Shown: positions 1 through 10,228, numbered from the stretch's first letter. The stretch is DNA of 64,000 nt from Candidatus Dojkabacteria bacterium (GCA_016927655.1 JAFGMG010000001.1:179599-243598); one strand, 5' to 3'. Numbers and translations: made by a program. Notes: generated by a model from the letters alone, not told the origin.

Positions 1-642
1 GTTAAAAAATTTCTCTTCTCCTCTACCGCGGCAGTTTACGGACACCCGGAAGAACTGCCAATACCAGAAACTGCGAAACTCAAGCCGATCAACCCATATG
101 GGGAATCAAAAGTGCGAGTTGAGAAACTGCTTGAAAAATATGCAGATTTTGGGAAATTGGATTCGATACGGCTTAGATATTTTAATCCGGCGGGCTCTCT
201 GAATGGGTTGATCGGCGAAAAACACGAACCCGAGACGCATCTAATCCCCCTGATCCTAAAAGCAGGGAAGGGCGAGCGTGACAAACTTTATATTTTTGGG
301 AATGATTATGAGACAAAGGACGGGACCCCAATTCGAGATTATATCCATATCATGGATCTTGTTGAAGCACACATTTTCGCTCTAAAGCACCTCGAGAAAA
401 TTTCCGGCACAGATGTATTTAACGTTGGGACTGGGACTGGCTATACTGTGAAAGAAGTCTTTGAAACAGTCAAGGAGGTTACCAGACTTGACGTGCCATA
501 CGAGATAGTCGAACGCCGCGAAGGTGACTCAAAAGAACTTGTTGCCGATCCTTCGAAAATAGAAGCTGTTCTTGGCTGGAAAGCCCAGTATAATTTACGC
601 GATATAATACAAAGTGCCTGGGAGTTTGAAAAAACGCAGTAG
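1..642 (+). CDS. galE: UDP-glucose 4-epimerase (C-terminal part; 5' end lies outside the window)
   Basis: Frame 1 is open from nt 1. YGESKVRVEKLL (YxxxK catalytic motif) and DGTPIRDYIHIMDLVEAH are typical of GalE-type extended SDR epimerases. Stop TAG at 640-642. Confidence 0.8.
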   Translation, partial: VKKFLFSSTAAVYGHPEELPIPETAKLKPINPYGESKVRVEKLLEKYADFGKLDSIRLRYFNPAGSLNGLIGEKHEPETHLIPLILKAGKGERDKLYIFGNDYETKDGTPIRDYIHIMDLVEAHIFALKHLEKISGTDVFNVGTGTGYTVKEVFETVKEVTRLDVPYEIVERREGDSKELVADPSKIEAVLGWKAQYNLRDIIQSAWEFEKTQ

Positions 643-674
643 TCTGCACAAAATTATTCTTTATAACAAATGGC

Positions 675-1226
675 ATGCAATTTGAAAAATTCGGTATTGA
701 AGGACTAGTGCTTATCAAGCCTGCAGTTTTTGAGGATGCAAGAGGATTTTTTTTGGAGACATACAGCAAGAAAAGATTTAAAGAAGAAGGCGGAATTGAT
801 TCTGAATTCGTACAGGACAACCATTCCAGATCAAGCAAAGGTGTCCTAAGAGGACTACATTTTCAATCACCGCCATTTGCACAAGATAAACTGCTCAGAG
901 TAGTCAGCGGAGAAGTTCTAGATGTCGCAGTTGATATAAGGAAAAACTCTCCTACTTATGGGAAATGGCATAGCGTTGTTTTAAGTGAGAAGAACAAAAA
1001 TATTTTCTTTGTTCCACAGGGTTTTGCACATGGGTTTCTTGTACTGAGTGAAACTTGCGATTTTGAATACAAAGTAAGTAATTATTATTCCAAAGAAAGT
1101 GAGGGCGGAGTTATGTGGAACGATCCTGATTTGGCTGTTGAGTGGGGGATTAATGATCCAATTGTTTCCGAGAAAGATTCGCAAAATCTGTCTTTCAAAG
1201 AATTTGATTCACCTTTTACCCGATAG
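675..1226 (+). CDS. rfbC: dTDP-4-dehydrorhamnose 3,5-epimerase
   Basis: 183 aa. N-terminus FEKFGIEGLVLIKPAVFEDARGFFLETY and RGLHFQ are the RmlC cupin signature. Sits in a cluster with rmlD, rmlB and rmlA. Confidence 0.9.
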   Translation: MQFEKFGIEGLVLIKPAVFEDARGFFLETYSKKRFKEEGGIDSEFVQDNHSRSSKGVLRGLHFQSPPFAQDKLLRVVSGEVLDVAVDIRKNSPTYGKWHSVVLSEKNKNIFFVPQGFAHGFLVLSETCDFEYKVSNYYSKESEGGVMWNDPDLAVEWGINDPIVSEKDSQNLSFKEFDSPFTR

Positions 1227-1228
1227 AA

Positions 1229-1774
1229 ATGCACAAGAACTGGAAAACACTTTCTTCTGATGTAAAGTACAAGAACCCATGGATTGAGGTTGTAGAGGAT
1301 AGAGTTGTTATGCCAAATGGGAAAGAGGGAATTTATGGGTATCTTAAGAAGTCGCCTGGAGTATTTGTGGTTGCGAAAGACACCGACGGGGGAATTTATT
1401 TGGTAAAACAATATAGATACGTACTTAAGAAGGAAATATATGAACTTCCTGCAGGAACCATGACAGAAAATGACGACATCCTGAAAGTTGCAAAGAAAGA
1501 ATTGCTTGAAGAAACAGGGATAACTGCTCAAAACTTCCAAAATATCGGGTATTACTACGCTGCGACAGGTCACGAGACAACAAAAGCCTATACCGTCATT
1601 GCAACGGATTTAGACAATACAAAGACAACTACAAAAAATCAAGAAGGGGATGAGTTGATAAACTTAGTAAAAAAAGTCAGCCCTAAAGAACTCCACCAGA
1701 TGATAAAAAACAATGAGATCACCTGTGGTCTAACCCTTGCAGCTCTGAATCAATATTTTAGCTATAAATCATGA
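1229..1774 (+). CDS. NUDIX hydrolase (ADP-ribose/nucleotide-sugar pyrophosphatase-like)
   Basis: Nudix box ELPAGTMTENDDILKVAKKELLEETGI (GX5EX7REUXEEXGU pattern). Stop TGA overlaps the next start (ATGA at 1771-1774). Confidence 0.8.
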   Translation: MHKNWKTLSSDVKYKNPWIEVVEDRVVMPNGKEGIYGYLKKSPGVFVVAKDTDGGIYLVKQYRYVLKKEIYELPAGTMTENDDILKVAKKELLEETGITAQNFQNIGYYYAATGHETTKAYTVIATDLDNTKTTTKNQEGDELINLVKKVSPKELHQMIKNNEITCGLTLAALNQYFSYKS

Positions 1775-2328
1775 GGCAAAAACGGGGATGGAAAATTAAA
1801 TCTTCAAAAGAAATTTACAAAAACCCTTGGATTGAAATCATTGAAGACCAGGTTATCAGGCCCGATGGAGAAGATGGAATCTATGGTTATATAAAGAACC
1901 ATAGTGCCGTTATGATCGTTCCAGAAGATGATGATGGCAATATCGTGCTTGTAAACCAGTATCGCTACCCTTCTGATCAAGACTATTGGGAACTTCCTGC
2001 GGGAGGAACAGATCATACAGAGAATTTCAAAGAAATGGCAGAACAGGAGCTTTACGAAGAAACTGGAATTAAGGCGAAAGAAATGATTTTATTGGGAGAA
2101 TATATCGAATTTGCTCTTTGCATGACAAACAAAAATTATGCATATTTAGCTAAAGGATTTGACAGTAGTTTTCTGAAGGACAACAGTGAAGGTGATGAAA
2201 TAATTAATAAAATTAAGGCATTTTCGCAAAAAGAAATTAAAGCGATGATCGCAGATAATATCATTCAAAATTCTCCTAGTCTTGCTGTTCTAAATATGTA
2301 TTTTAATAGAAAAAACAATGAGAAATAA
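1771..2328 (+). CDS. NUDIX hydrolase, tandem paralog of the previous gene
   Basis: The N-terminus is collinear with the upstream paralog (KNPWIEIIEDQVIRPDGEDGIYGYIK vs KNPWIEVVEDRVVMPNGKEGIYGYLK). Nudix box ELPAGGTDHTENFKEMAEQELYEETGI. Confidence 0.8.
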   Translation: MRQKRGWKIKSSKEIYKNPWIEIIEDQVIRPDGEDGIYGYIKNHSAVMIVPEDDDGNIVLVNQYRYPSDQDYWELPAGGTDHTENFKEMAEQELYEETGIKAKEMILLGEYIEFALCMTNKNYAYLAKGFDSSFLKDNSEGDEIINKIKAFSQKEIKAMIADNIIQNSPSLAVLNMYFNRKNNEK

Positions 2329-3202
2329 AAAACCAGCTGCACTAATCATCGGTTCACATGGAATGCTTGGGAGCGAGCTTGTGAGACAAGCCGAAAAATA
2401 TACAAACTGGGAAGTAGTTACCTCAGATGTGAGTGATGAGGGTGGAATAGACATAACAAACGAGGAATCTGTAAAAGGATGGTTCGAGAAAGTCCAACCA
2501 GATATTGTCATCAATTGTGCTGCATACACAAACGTCGATGGGTGTGAGACTAAAGAGGGATTTGAATTAGCAAAAAAAGTAAATGGATACGGCCCCGGCA
2601 TTCTTTCCAGATTTTCAGCAGAAAACAATGCTCTTTTCATTCACATCAGCACAGATTATGTTTTCGGCGATGATCTGGAAACTGGCTACACAGAAGACTA
2701 TGACAAATTCAAACCAGTTAATAAATACGGAGAATCAAAACTGTTAGGCGAGAAAGAAGTCCGGAAAGAGATGGATTCTAATCCAGATGCATATTTATAC
2801 ATTGTTAGAACAAGCTGGCTATTTGGGGAAGGGGCAAAAAATTTCATTGCAAAGATTATAGAATTGAGTGAAAAAATGGATACTTTGAAAGTTGTGACAG
2901 ATGAGGTAAGCTGCCCGACATATGTAAAGGATCTTGCTCAGCGATTGATCTATATTGCCGAAAAGAAACCTGAGCCGGGGATTTATCACGCAGCAGGGCG
3001 CGGCGCAGCAAGCAGATATGATTTTGCAAGGCAGATAATCAAAGCTTTGGGGAAGAAGAATCGAATTGAGCCGACTACCCTTGCAGAATTTGGTAGAACT
3101 ACCGGGATTGCTCACTACTCTGTCCTTCTCAATACGAAACTCCCAGTAATGAGAAAGTGGGAGGAGATGGTCAAGGATTATCTGATGGTTCAGGATCAAT
3201 AA
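2318..3202 (+). CDS. rfbD: dTDP-4-dehydrorhamnose reductase
   Basis: 294 aa. GSHGMLGSELV glycine-rich NAD(P) site near the N-terminus; YGESKLLGEKEV YxxxK motif; length and context typical of RmlD. Confidence 0.85.
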   Translation: MRNKKPAALIIGSHGMLGSELVRQAEKYTNWEVVTSDVSDEGGIDITNEESVKGWFEKVQPDIVINCAAYTNVDGCETKEGFELAKKVNGYGPGILSRFSAENNALFIHISTDYVFGDDLETGYTEDYDKFKPVNKYGESKLLGEKEVRKEMDSNPDAYLYIVRTSWLFGEGAKNFIAKIIELSEKMDTLKVVTDEVSCPTYVKDLAQRLIYIAEKKPEPGIYHAAGRGAASRYDFARQIIKALGKKNRIEPTTLAEFGRTTGIAHYSVLLNTKLPVMRKWEEMVKDYLMVQDQ

Positions 3203-3212
3203 TTTTATAAAA

Positions 3213-3749
3213 TCAATCTAGCCCGAGATCAAAGCCGATTGGAGTCTCCGGCTTTTCCTCCTGAATTATCAATTCTTGCAAAGTCTTATGTATTAGGGAT
3301 AATTTTGAGTCTGTCTTATCTTCCAGCTTATTCATTCTATTCTCAATTTCCATTAGTTTCTCAATAACTTTTTTATTTGATCTGATTATATAATTCACAT
3401 AAACAAACGCCCTCATAATTGAAATATTTACTTTAACAGCCTCTTTACTTCTTAGAACACCGGATAGCATTGCGACTCCCTGTTCGGTGAAAGCTCTTGG
3501 CAAACTCCTCCTTCTACCTCCCCAGGAGCTTGAAGTGCCAAAATGGTACTTCAAGTTCTCGAATTCTCTATCATTGAGCCTAAACATGAAATCCTCTGGA
3601 AATCTTTCGATATTTCGGCTAACAGCCCTGTTGAGCTGCTTTGTTTCGACGACATACAAATCCGCCAAATCACTATCGATTAGGACCTTTCTACCTCTTA
3701 TCGTAAATATCATTTTCAAGATTTCGGTTTTTTTAAATATTGGATTCAT
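3213..3749 (-). CDS. ORF6N-domain DNA-binding protein (phage/mobile-element-associated family)
   Basis: IRGRKVLIDSDLADLYVVETKQLNRAVSRNIERFPEDFMFRLNDREFENLK...WGGRRRSLPRAFTEQGVAMLSGVLRSKEAVKVNISIMRAF is the conserved ORF6N core. Opposite strand, splitting the rml operon. Confidence 0.75.
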   Translation of the reverse strand: MNPIFKKTEILKMIFTIRGRKVLIDSDLADLYVVETKQLNRAVSRNIERFPEDFMFRLNDREFENLKYHFGTSSSWGGRRRSLPRAFTEQGVAMLSGVLRSKEAVKVNISIMRAFVYVNYIIRSNKKVIEKLMEIENRMNKLEDKTDSKLSLIHKTLQELIIQEEKPETPIGFDLGLD

Positions 3750-3860
3750 GTTCTTTAAGTAATCATCGTGCTATCCTATCAAACAAATATTGCAGGAATC
3801 TTATGCTTTTATGGAAAAATTATGGAAAATGTTAAAATATTATTATATTAAAATAATTCT

Positions 3861-4886
3861 ATGTCACGAAACATATTAGTCACAGGGGGCGCTGGATTTA
3901 TCGGCTCGAACTTCATTCACTACTGGATGCAGAAATATCCGGAGGATAAAATTGTTAACTATGACAAACTAACCTATGCAGGGAATCTTGATTCTCTCAA
4001 AGATTTATCAGACAAACCAAATTATGTCTTTGTACAAGGCGATATAGTTGATTATGATTTGGTTGAAAAAACCGTTAAAGAGCACTCGATCAATCTCATA
4101 GTTCATTTCGCTGCTGAAACTCATGTTGACAGGAGTATTGAAGGCCCTGCAGTTTTTGTCGAAACAAATGTAATCGGAACACAAGTGCTACTTGATGTCG
4201 CAAGAAATAATGGGAATATCAGATTTCATAATATTTCGACGGATGAAGTTTTTGGAAGCCTTGAATTAGATTCAGAAGAAAAATTTACTGAAAATACTCC
4301 GTACGATCCGAGAAGTCCTTATTCTGCTTCGAAAGCAGGCTCAGATCATCTAGCTCGAGCTTATCATGAGACATACGGTCTGCCAGTAACGATCTCAAAT
4401 TGTTCTAATAACTTTGGACCATTTGAACATGTTGAGAAACTTATTCCACTAGTTATTACTCGTGCGCTGAGTGATGAAAAAATTCCTGTATATGGTGACG
4501 GGATGAATGTCAGAGACTGGATTCATGTAAATGATCACAACTATGGAGTTGATTTGATCATTGAAAAAGGAGAAATTGGACAGACTTATCTACTAGGCGC
4601 AAACGGAGAGAGACACAATATCGATTTGATCAAAGAACTGCTGTCTATTCTTGGCAAATCAGAGGATTTGATAGTTCATGTGGGGGATAGAAAAGGACAT
4701 GATCGAAGGTATGCGATTGATTTCTCAAAGCTGAAAAATGATCTTGGATACGAGCCGCAAAAGCCAGCCAGCGAATGGTTGCAATTAACAGCAGATTGGT
4801 ACAAAGAAAATGAATGGTGGTGGAGACCAAATAAAGCAGAAGCGGATAAGATTGCCGAAAAATATTTGACGAATCCTCTAGACTAA
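3861..4886 (+). CDS. rfbB: dTDP-glucose 4,6-dehydratase
   Basis: [14 protein letters not shown] Rossmann motif, [15 protein letters not shown] YxxxK motif, 341 aa, adjacent to rmlA. Confidence 0.9.
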   Translation: MSRNILVTGGAGFIGSNFIHYWMQKYPEDKIVNYDKLTYAGNLDSLKDLSDKPNYVFVQGDIVDYDLVEKTVKEHSINLIVHFAAETHVDRSIEGPAVFVETNVIGTQVLLDVARNNGNIRFHNISTDEVFGSLELDSEEKFTENTPYDPRSPYSASKAGSDHLARAYHETYGLPVTISNCSNNFGPFEHVEKLIPLVITRALSDEKIPVYGDGMNVRDWIHVNDHNYGVDLIIEKGEIGQTYLLGANGERHNIDLIKELLSILGKSEDLIVHVGDRKGHDRRYAIDFSKLKNDLGYEPQKPASEWLQLTADWYKENEWWWRPNKAEADKIAEKYLTNPLD

Positions 4887-4965
4887 ATTAAAGAGCAATA
4901 CAAAGATGTTTGATTGGAATTTAATCCCCCCTTTTGCTATTATCTGTCCATGTTACATTGAAATC

Positions 4966-5823
4966 ATGAAAGGAATAATTCTTGCTGGAGGCACAGGCTC
5001 CAGACTCTATCCAATCACTCGCGGAATCAGTAAGCAGCTGATGCCGATCTACGATAAACCGATGATTTACTACCCTCTTTCCACAATGATGACGGCAGGA
5101 ATCAATGAAGTCTTGATCATAACAACACCAATCGACCAGGAAAGATTTAAAAATCTCCTTGGAGATGGCTCACAATACGGCTGCAAATTTGAATACATGA
5201 TCCAAGAAACTCCAAGAGGTCTTGCGGATGCCTTTATTGTAGGCGAAGAATTCATAGGCCAAGACAAAGTCATGCTTATTCTAGGAGACAATATCTTTTT
5301 CTGGTTTGGGATGGAAGAACTCCTCAAATCACACACCGATCCAGATGGAGGAGTAGTCTTCGCTTATCAAGTTTCAGATCCAAAGAGATATGGAATAGTT
5401 GAGTTTGATGAAAACATGAAGGCAGTTTCAATCGAGGAAAAACCTGAGAAGCCAAAATCAAAGTACGCCGTACCAGGCTTATACATATACGACAATGAAG
5501 TTGTAGAAATTGCAAAGAACCTAAAACCAAGCCCGAGAGGAGAAATAGAAATTACGGATGTAAATGCAGAATATTTAAAAAGAGGAAAATTACACGTGGG
5601 AGTCCTCGGAAGAGGCACCGCATGGCTGGATACAGGGACTTTTAGATCAATGAATCAAGCTTCACAATTTGTTCAAGTGATCGAGGAAAGACAAGGTGTC
5701 AAAATCGGATGCATTGAAGAAGAGGCCTACAGGCAAGGATTTATTGATAAAAAGCAACTACAAGAACTAGCCGAGCCGCTTATGAAAAGCGGTTATGGTG
5801 AATATTTGATGGGATTAGAATAA
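4966..5823 (+). CDS. rfbA: glucose-1-phosphate thymidylyltransferase
   Basis: [42 protein letters not shown] is the RmlA signature. The ORF track begins at 4906, but the ATG at 4966 gives the canonical N-terminus. Confidence 0.9.
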   Translation: MKGIILAGGTGSRLYPITRGISKQLMPIYDKPMIYYPLSTMMTAGINEVLIITTPIDQERFKNLLGDGSQYGCKFEYMIQETPRGLADAFIVGEEFIGQDKVMLILGDNIFFWFGMEELLKSHTDPDGGVVFAYQVSDPKRYGIVEFDENMKAVSIEEKPEKPKSKYAVPGLYIYDNEVVEIAKNLKPSPRGEIEITDVNAEYLKRGKLHVGVLGRGTAWLDTGTFRSMNQASQFVQVIEERQGVKIGCIEEEAYRQGFIDKKQLQELAEPLMKSGYGEYLMGLE

Positions 5824-5830
5824 GAAATTC

Positions 5831-7726
5831 TTAATCCCAATAATAATAGCTATAATAATTAGAGACTAACGAATCCCTTGTAACCAATCTTTCGTTCTCA
5901 GGATTTTGTGGATCAATTACCCATAAATCATCCTCCTTCGAAAAAAATAATAGCCCATCTCGCCAAAATGCATTATCAACCTTTCCGTTAGATGTTATCT
6001 TTGTTTCTTCTTTGTTACTTAAATCAACTACATATATATCTGATTTATTGTCTCTGTTACTGACAAATGACACGAACTCTGAGTTGTCCGAAAACCTTGG
6101 AGAATATTCATACGAGGCAGTATTAGTGATTTTTATAAGTTCACCTTTATTAAAAATACGTATAAATAAATCCGAACCCTGTGGGGTCCTTTCCCGGATC
6201 ATAGCCATCTTCCCATCTGAACTAAATTCTATTATCTCTCCATATTTGTTCTCTTCATTGTTTGGCTCATATATACGATCCTTATCCAAATTAGTCGTAT
6301 TCATTAAATAAAGTCCATTCCTGCTACTATCTGGATAGTATCCCTGAAACAGCACATATTTGCCATCATCAGATATACTGTAGAAATAAGTGGATTCATT
6401 TTCTGATGTATGGGCTAACTGCTTATTACCCGTCCCATCAATGTTTCCAAACCACATTTGATAGGTGTCTGGATAATCAGGGTGCTCCTTTACAAATGCC
6501 CTCTTTCCTGCTCTCAAATTATATGCTCCAATATTGCCATCATTGTCATTGTATTCATTAGAAGAAATCTTTGTAATTTTCTTTGTCAAGACATCTACTT
6601 TGTAAACAAGATCAACAATATCACCGTCATCATCTTTTTTCCCGTCTCTATTTGATAGGAAATAGACCACATTGTTAGCCTCATCGAAGTATGGAGAATA
6701 ATTCCTGCCCGTGTTTCCAGTCAGCAGCTGTTCTTCAGAACCATCATAGTTTGCAATATATATCTGCTCATTCCCAGTTCTATTTGAAGTGTAAACTAAT
6801 TTGCCTTCACGAACCATCTGCAAATCTTCTTGAAAATTTTTACCCTGTTCTACACTCCCCACTTCAATATTCTTTGTTATGTACCCATCCTTCACAACTT
6901 GCAATGAGGCCCTGTCTTTTAGTTCTAGATCTTTAATATAACATTCAGCTTGCCTTTGTTCATAGTTAATTGTTTCTATCTCTTCTTCGTTAATTGTTCC
7001 AGAAATCTTGAGATCTTCGATAACAATTTGAGATAGCCAATCAGTACAGTCAAAGGTTATATCTCCAGCTACCTCGAGAGTTCTTGTCCCAAGATCAATC
7101 ACGAGCTGAGATACATCAACTTCAACTTCTATATCTTTATAATTGGGGGATTGAATCTTCACCCTTTCCGTTGTAATTTCAACATTTTTCACCTCAAAAC
7201 TACCGTCATCCCCAACTATAATTGGTTCAGAATTTTCCCCAAGATTGAGGATTAAGTCATCCTCAACTACCTTGCCCTTGTTTTTCTCAAGATTCAATAC
7301 ACCTATAAAATCCCTGCGACCAGCAATCTGCATTTCAAACTCCTTGAAATTTGCACCTCTTTTGAGATTTACAATCATGGTTGCTGTTTCGTAGCCTTGC
7401 TGTGAGATTTCAATTGTATTTTTACCATAAGTCAAATTCGCCAGAGAAAACTCACCATTAGAATCTGTATTTGTGCATTTATTTCCTATACAGACTCTTG
7501 CTTCCTCTATCGAAATATTTTCATAGTCATATACTTGACCATCTAAAGATGAAGGGAAAATAATTGAATCGAGTTTGAAGATTAAAATAACCGGTATGGC
7601 TATAGAACATAGCAATCCAAGCACAAAGACACTCCATATAGCTATTCTGGTTGTTTTTCCTAACTCTTTGTACTTTTTAACAACCCTTTTAGAGAATGTC
7701 ACTTTTTTATTATCTTTTGCCATCAT
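5831..7726 (-). CDS. membrane-anchored TolB-like beta-propeller protein with carboxypeptidase-regulatory-like domain
   Basis: N-terminal TM helix (IAIWSVFVLGLLCSIAIPVILIF). CIGNKCTNTDSNGEFSL...TIEISQQGYETATMIVNL resembles CarboxypepD_reg. Repeated PD40-type motifs (LVYTSNRTGNEQIYIANYDGS, VVYFLSNRDGKKD, FVSFVSNRDNKSDIYVVDLS). Confidence 0.6.
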   Translation of the reverse strand: MMAKDNKKVTFSKRVVKKYKELGKTTRIAIWSVFVLGLLCSIAIPVILIFKLDSIIFPSSLDGQVYDYENISIEEARVCIGNKCTNTDSNGEFSLANLTYGKNTIEISQQGYETATMIVNLKRGANFKEFEMQIAGRRDFIGVLNLEKNKGKVVEDDLILNLGENSEPIIVGDDGSFEVKNVEITTERVKIQSPNYKDIEVEVDVSQLVIDLGTRTLEVAGDITFDCTDWLSQIVIEDLKISGTINEEEIETINYEQRQAECYIKDLELKDRASLQVVKDGYITKNIEVGSVEQGKNFQEDLQMVREGKLVYTSNRTGNEQIYIANYDGSEEQLLTGNTGRNYSPYFDEANNVVYFLSNRDGKKDDDGDIVDLVYKVDVLTKKITKISSNEYNDNDGNIGAYNLRAGKRAFVKEHPDYPDTYQMWFGNIDGTGNKQLAHTSENESTYFYSISDDGKYVLFQGYYPDSSRNGLYLMNTTNLDKDRIYEPNNEENKYGEIIEFSSDGKMAMIRERTPQGSDLFIRIFNKGELIKITNTASYEYSPRFSDNSEFVSFVSNRDNKSDIYVVDLSNKEETKITSNGKVDNAFWRDGLLFFSKEDDLWVIDPQNPENERLVTRDSLVSNYYSYYYWD

Positions 7727-7863
7727 ATTGTTATTTAATACATATGAAGAGATTATACAATTTTTACAAGAAAAAACATTGTATCGGAATACAAATTTAG
7801 GAAAACTCCCACTTAGTCGAGAAATAATGTAAAATCATCTCGTTTACCGGATTCCACAGCATT

Positions 7864-9144
7864 ATGAAAAAACAAAAAGTTGCAGTAATTGGTTTGGGAT
7901 ATGTCGGTCTGCCGCTTGCAATAGCAATCCAGAAAAGTAAAAAATACAAATTAATCGGATTTGACATAGATCAAAGCAAAATTGACCAGCTGAATGCCGG
8001 AGTTTGTTATCTGGAAGATGATTTCATTAAAGAAGAATTTAGGAAACACCCTGTTAATGTCGGGACAGATGTTAACGAACTCACAGACACAGACATTTTC
8101 ATAATCGCGGTCCCTACTCCAGTTACAGATGATTATGTCCCTGACTATACCCCGGTTATCAAAGCCAGCGAAACTGCAGCACAGTTCCTTAAGAAAGGAG
8201 CAACTGTCGTTCTTGAATCAACCGTCAATCCAGGGACTTGCGAAGAAATTGTTCTGCCGATCCTGGAGAAAATCAGCAAATTAAAAGGCAAAAGAGACTT
8301 CAACCTTACTCATTGCCCGGAAAGAATAAACCCCGGAGATCCGAAATGGAATGTGTACAATATCCCAAGAAATGTCGGATCTTTGGATCTGAAAAGAAAT
8401 AAAGAAATAGCAGACTTCTACAGATCGATAATCGATGCTGAAATCAACGAAGTTTCAAGCCTCAAAATCGCAGAATCGACCAAAATAATCGAGAATACCT
8501 TCCGAGATATAAATATCGCATATGTCAATGAACTGGCAAAATCATTTGACGCTATGGGTATCGATCTGATTGAGACGATCAAAGCTGCATCAAATAAACC
8601 CTTTGGCTATATGCCGCATTGGCCGGGAGCCGGAGTCGGGGGGCATTGCATTGCTGTGGACCCATACTATTTGATCCAAAGAGCTGCAAAATCAAATTTC
8701 AATCACAAGTTTTTGAAAATGGCACGCTCGATCAACAATTCTATGCCTCGTTATGCAATTCAAAGACTTGAAGAAGCTCTAAAAGAGGCAAAACTATCAA
8801 GAAACAAGGCGACGATTGCTATGCTTGGAATCAGTTATAAAGCAGACGTTGCAGATCTTCGCGAATCGCCGAGTCTGGAGATTAAAAGCCTCATGAAAAA
8901 AGAAGGCATAAAGACAATTATTTACGACCCGTATTTCCTGGAGCAATCGGACTTTAAAACTCTCGCAGAAACGCTGGCTGCATCTGATGGTGTATTACTT
9001 GCAACGGCACACAAGGAATTTTTATCTCTTGACGGCCAGAAACTGAAAAATACAAAACAAAAATTTGTCATTGACGGCAGAAACGCACTCGATAAAGCTG
9101 ATATAATTGACTCTAATATTATTTATAAAGGGATTGGCCGATGA
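7864..9144 (+). CDS. UDP-sugar (UDP-Glc/UDP-GlcNAc/UDP-ManNAc) dehydrogenase family protein
   Basis: KVAVIGLGYVGLPLAIAI N-terminal NAD site, and a HCPERINPGD-type catalytic Cys region, typical of the UDP-glucose/GDP-mannose dehydrogenase family. 426 aa. Confidence 0.8.
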   Translation: MKKQKVAVIGLGYVGLPLAIAIQKSKKYKLIGFDIDQSKIDQLNAGVCYLEDDFIKEEFRKHPVNVGTDVNELTDTDIFIIAVPTPVTDDYVPDYTPVIKASETAAQFLKKGATVVLESTVNPGTCEEIVLPILEKISKLKGKRDFNLTHCPERINPGDPKWNVYNIPRNVGSLDLKRNKEIADFYRSIIDAEINEVSSLKIAESTKIIENTFRDINIAYVNELAKSFDAMGIDLIETIKAASNKPFGYMPHWPGAGVGGHCIAVDPYYLIQRAAKSNFNHKFLKMARSINNSMPRYAIQRLEEALKEAKLSRNKATIAMLGISYKADVADLRESPSLEIKSLMKKEGIKTIIYDPYFLEQSDFKTLAETLAASDGVLLATAHKEFLSLDGQKLKNTKQKFVIDGRNALDKADIIDSNIIYKGIGR

Positions 9145-10088
9145 AACTAATAATTCTAATACCGGCTCTAAACGAAGCCGAATCAATTGCAAAGACAATC
9201 AAAAGCATCCCGCAAAAAATTACTGGAGTTGATGAAATCGTTTCTTTGGTAATCAACGATGGATCTGCCGACGCTACTGCGGAAATTGCAAAAAAAAATG
9301 GCGCACAGGTTTTCTCACACATAAAAAACAAAGGTGTCGGGGCAGCATTTCACTCAGGAATTGAATGGGCGCTTGAAAACCATGCTGATATGCTTGTAAG
9401 TATTGACGCTGATGGGCAGTTCGACCCAAAAGACATTGAAAAAATAATCGCCCCGATCCTTGAAAACCAAGCAGATATGGTCGTTGGCAATAGGTTTGCG
9501 AAAGGCAAACCTGAGAATATGTCCGGACTTAAATACTGGGGGAATAAAAAAATGAACAGGCTAGTTAGTAGTCTTGCAGGTGAAAAATTTGAAGATGTCT
9601 CTTCAGGATTTAGAGCGTACAATCAGAAAGCACTGCTAAACATCAACCTTCTTGGCAAATTTACTTACACACAGGAAGTTTTTCTCGATTTATCGATGAA
9701 AGGCTTGAATATTGTTCAGATTCCAGTTGATGTCAAATACTTCAAAGAAAGAAAATCCCGCGTAGCGGGCAATATTGTGAAATATGCATTTCGCACTTCA
9801 TGGATAATTTTTAGAACGATTCGTGATTACAAACCATTGAAGTTTTTTGGATTGCTGGGACTTGGGATTTTTGTATTTGGATTGTTTTTTGATGGATTTC
9901 TGCTTGGACATTATATTCTTGCTGCTAAATTCTCCCCTTATATCTCGATTGGCTTCATTGGGGCATATCTAAACTCAATTGGCTTGGGGATCATGTTTCT
10001 GGGGCTGATTGCCGATATGTTTGACAGGGTCAGGCAAAATCAGGAGAAGATTTTGTATTATTTGAAGGCGGGATCGTATAGAGAATAG
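9141..10088 (+). CDS. GT2 polyprenyl-phosphate glycosyltransferase (DPM1/ArnC/GtrB-like)
   Basis: N-terminal GT2 domain (LIILIPALNEAESI..VINDGSAD..DADGQ) plus C-terminal TM helices (FFGLLGLGIFVFGLFF...), the architecture of lipid-phosphate sugar synthases. Start overlaps the previous stop (ATGA). Confidence 0.75.
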   Translation: MKLIILIPALNEAESIAKTIKSIPQKITGVDEIVSLVINDGSADATAEIAKKNGAQVFSHIKNKGVGAAFHSGIEWALENHADMLVSIDADGQFDPKDIEKIIAPILENQADMVVGNRFAKGKPENMSGLKYWGNKKMNRLVSSLAGEKFEDVSSGFRAYNQKALLNINLLGKFTYTQEVFLDLSMKGLNIVQIPVDVKYFKERKSRVAGNIVKYAFRTSWIIFRTIRDYKPLKFFGLLGLGIFVFGLFFDGFLLGHYILAAKFSPYISIGFIGAYLNSIGLGIMFLGLIADMFDRVRQNQEKILYYLKAGSYRE

Positions 10089-10228
10089 CCGGCCTTAATA
10101 TTTGTTCACCGCCCTTGAATTCTGCTACAATGGGACTGTAACTATTTACTGCTTCTACTATGCTTTACGAGACATACTTGGGTCGCTATAAGAATATTCG
10201 CACAATCGGTAAAAAATACAAGAGATCA

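Noticed and set aside
5870-5895. Possible bidirectional terminator between convergent rmlA and the TolB-like gene
   Set aside because: Only a very short AT stem (aagaa/ttctt) around 5823-5840; no convincing GC-rich hairpin with a U-run.
9290-9298. A9 homopolymer inside the GT2 gene (also A8 in prs at ~48364 and A8 at 51783) as phase-variable tracts
   Set aside because: Short A/T runs of 8-9 are expected by chance in a genome this AT-rich, and they fall in ordinary lysine codons. Not distinctive enough to call contingency tracts.
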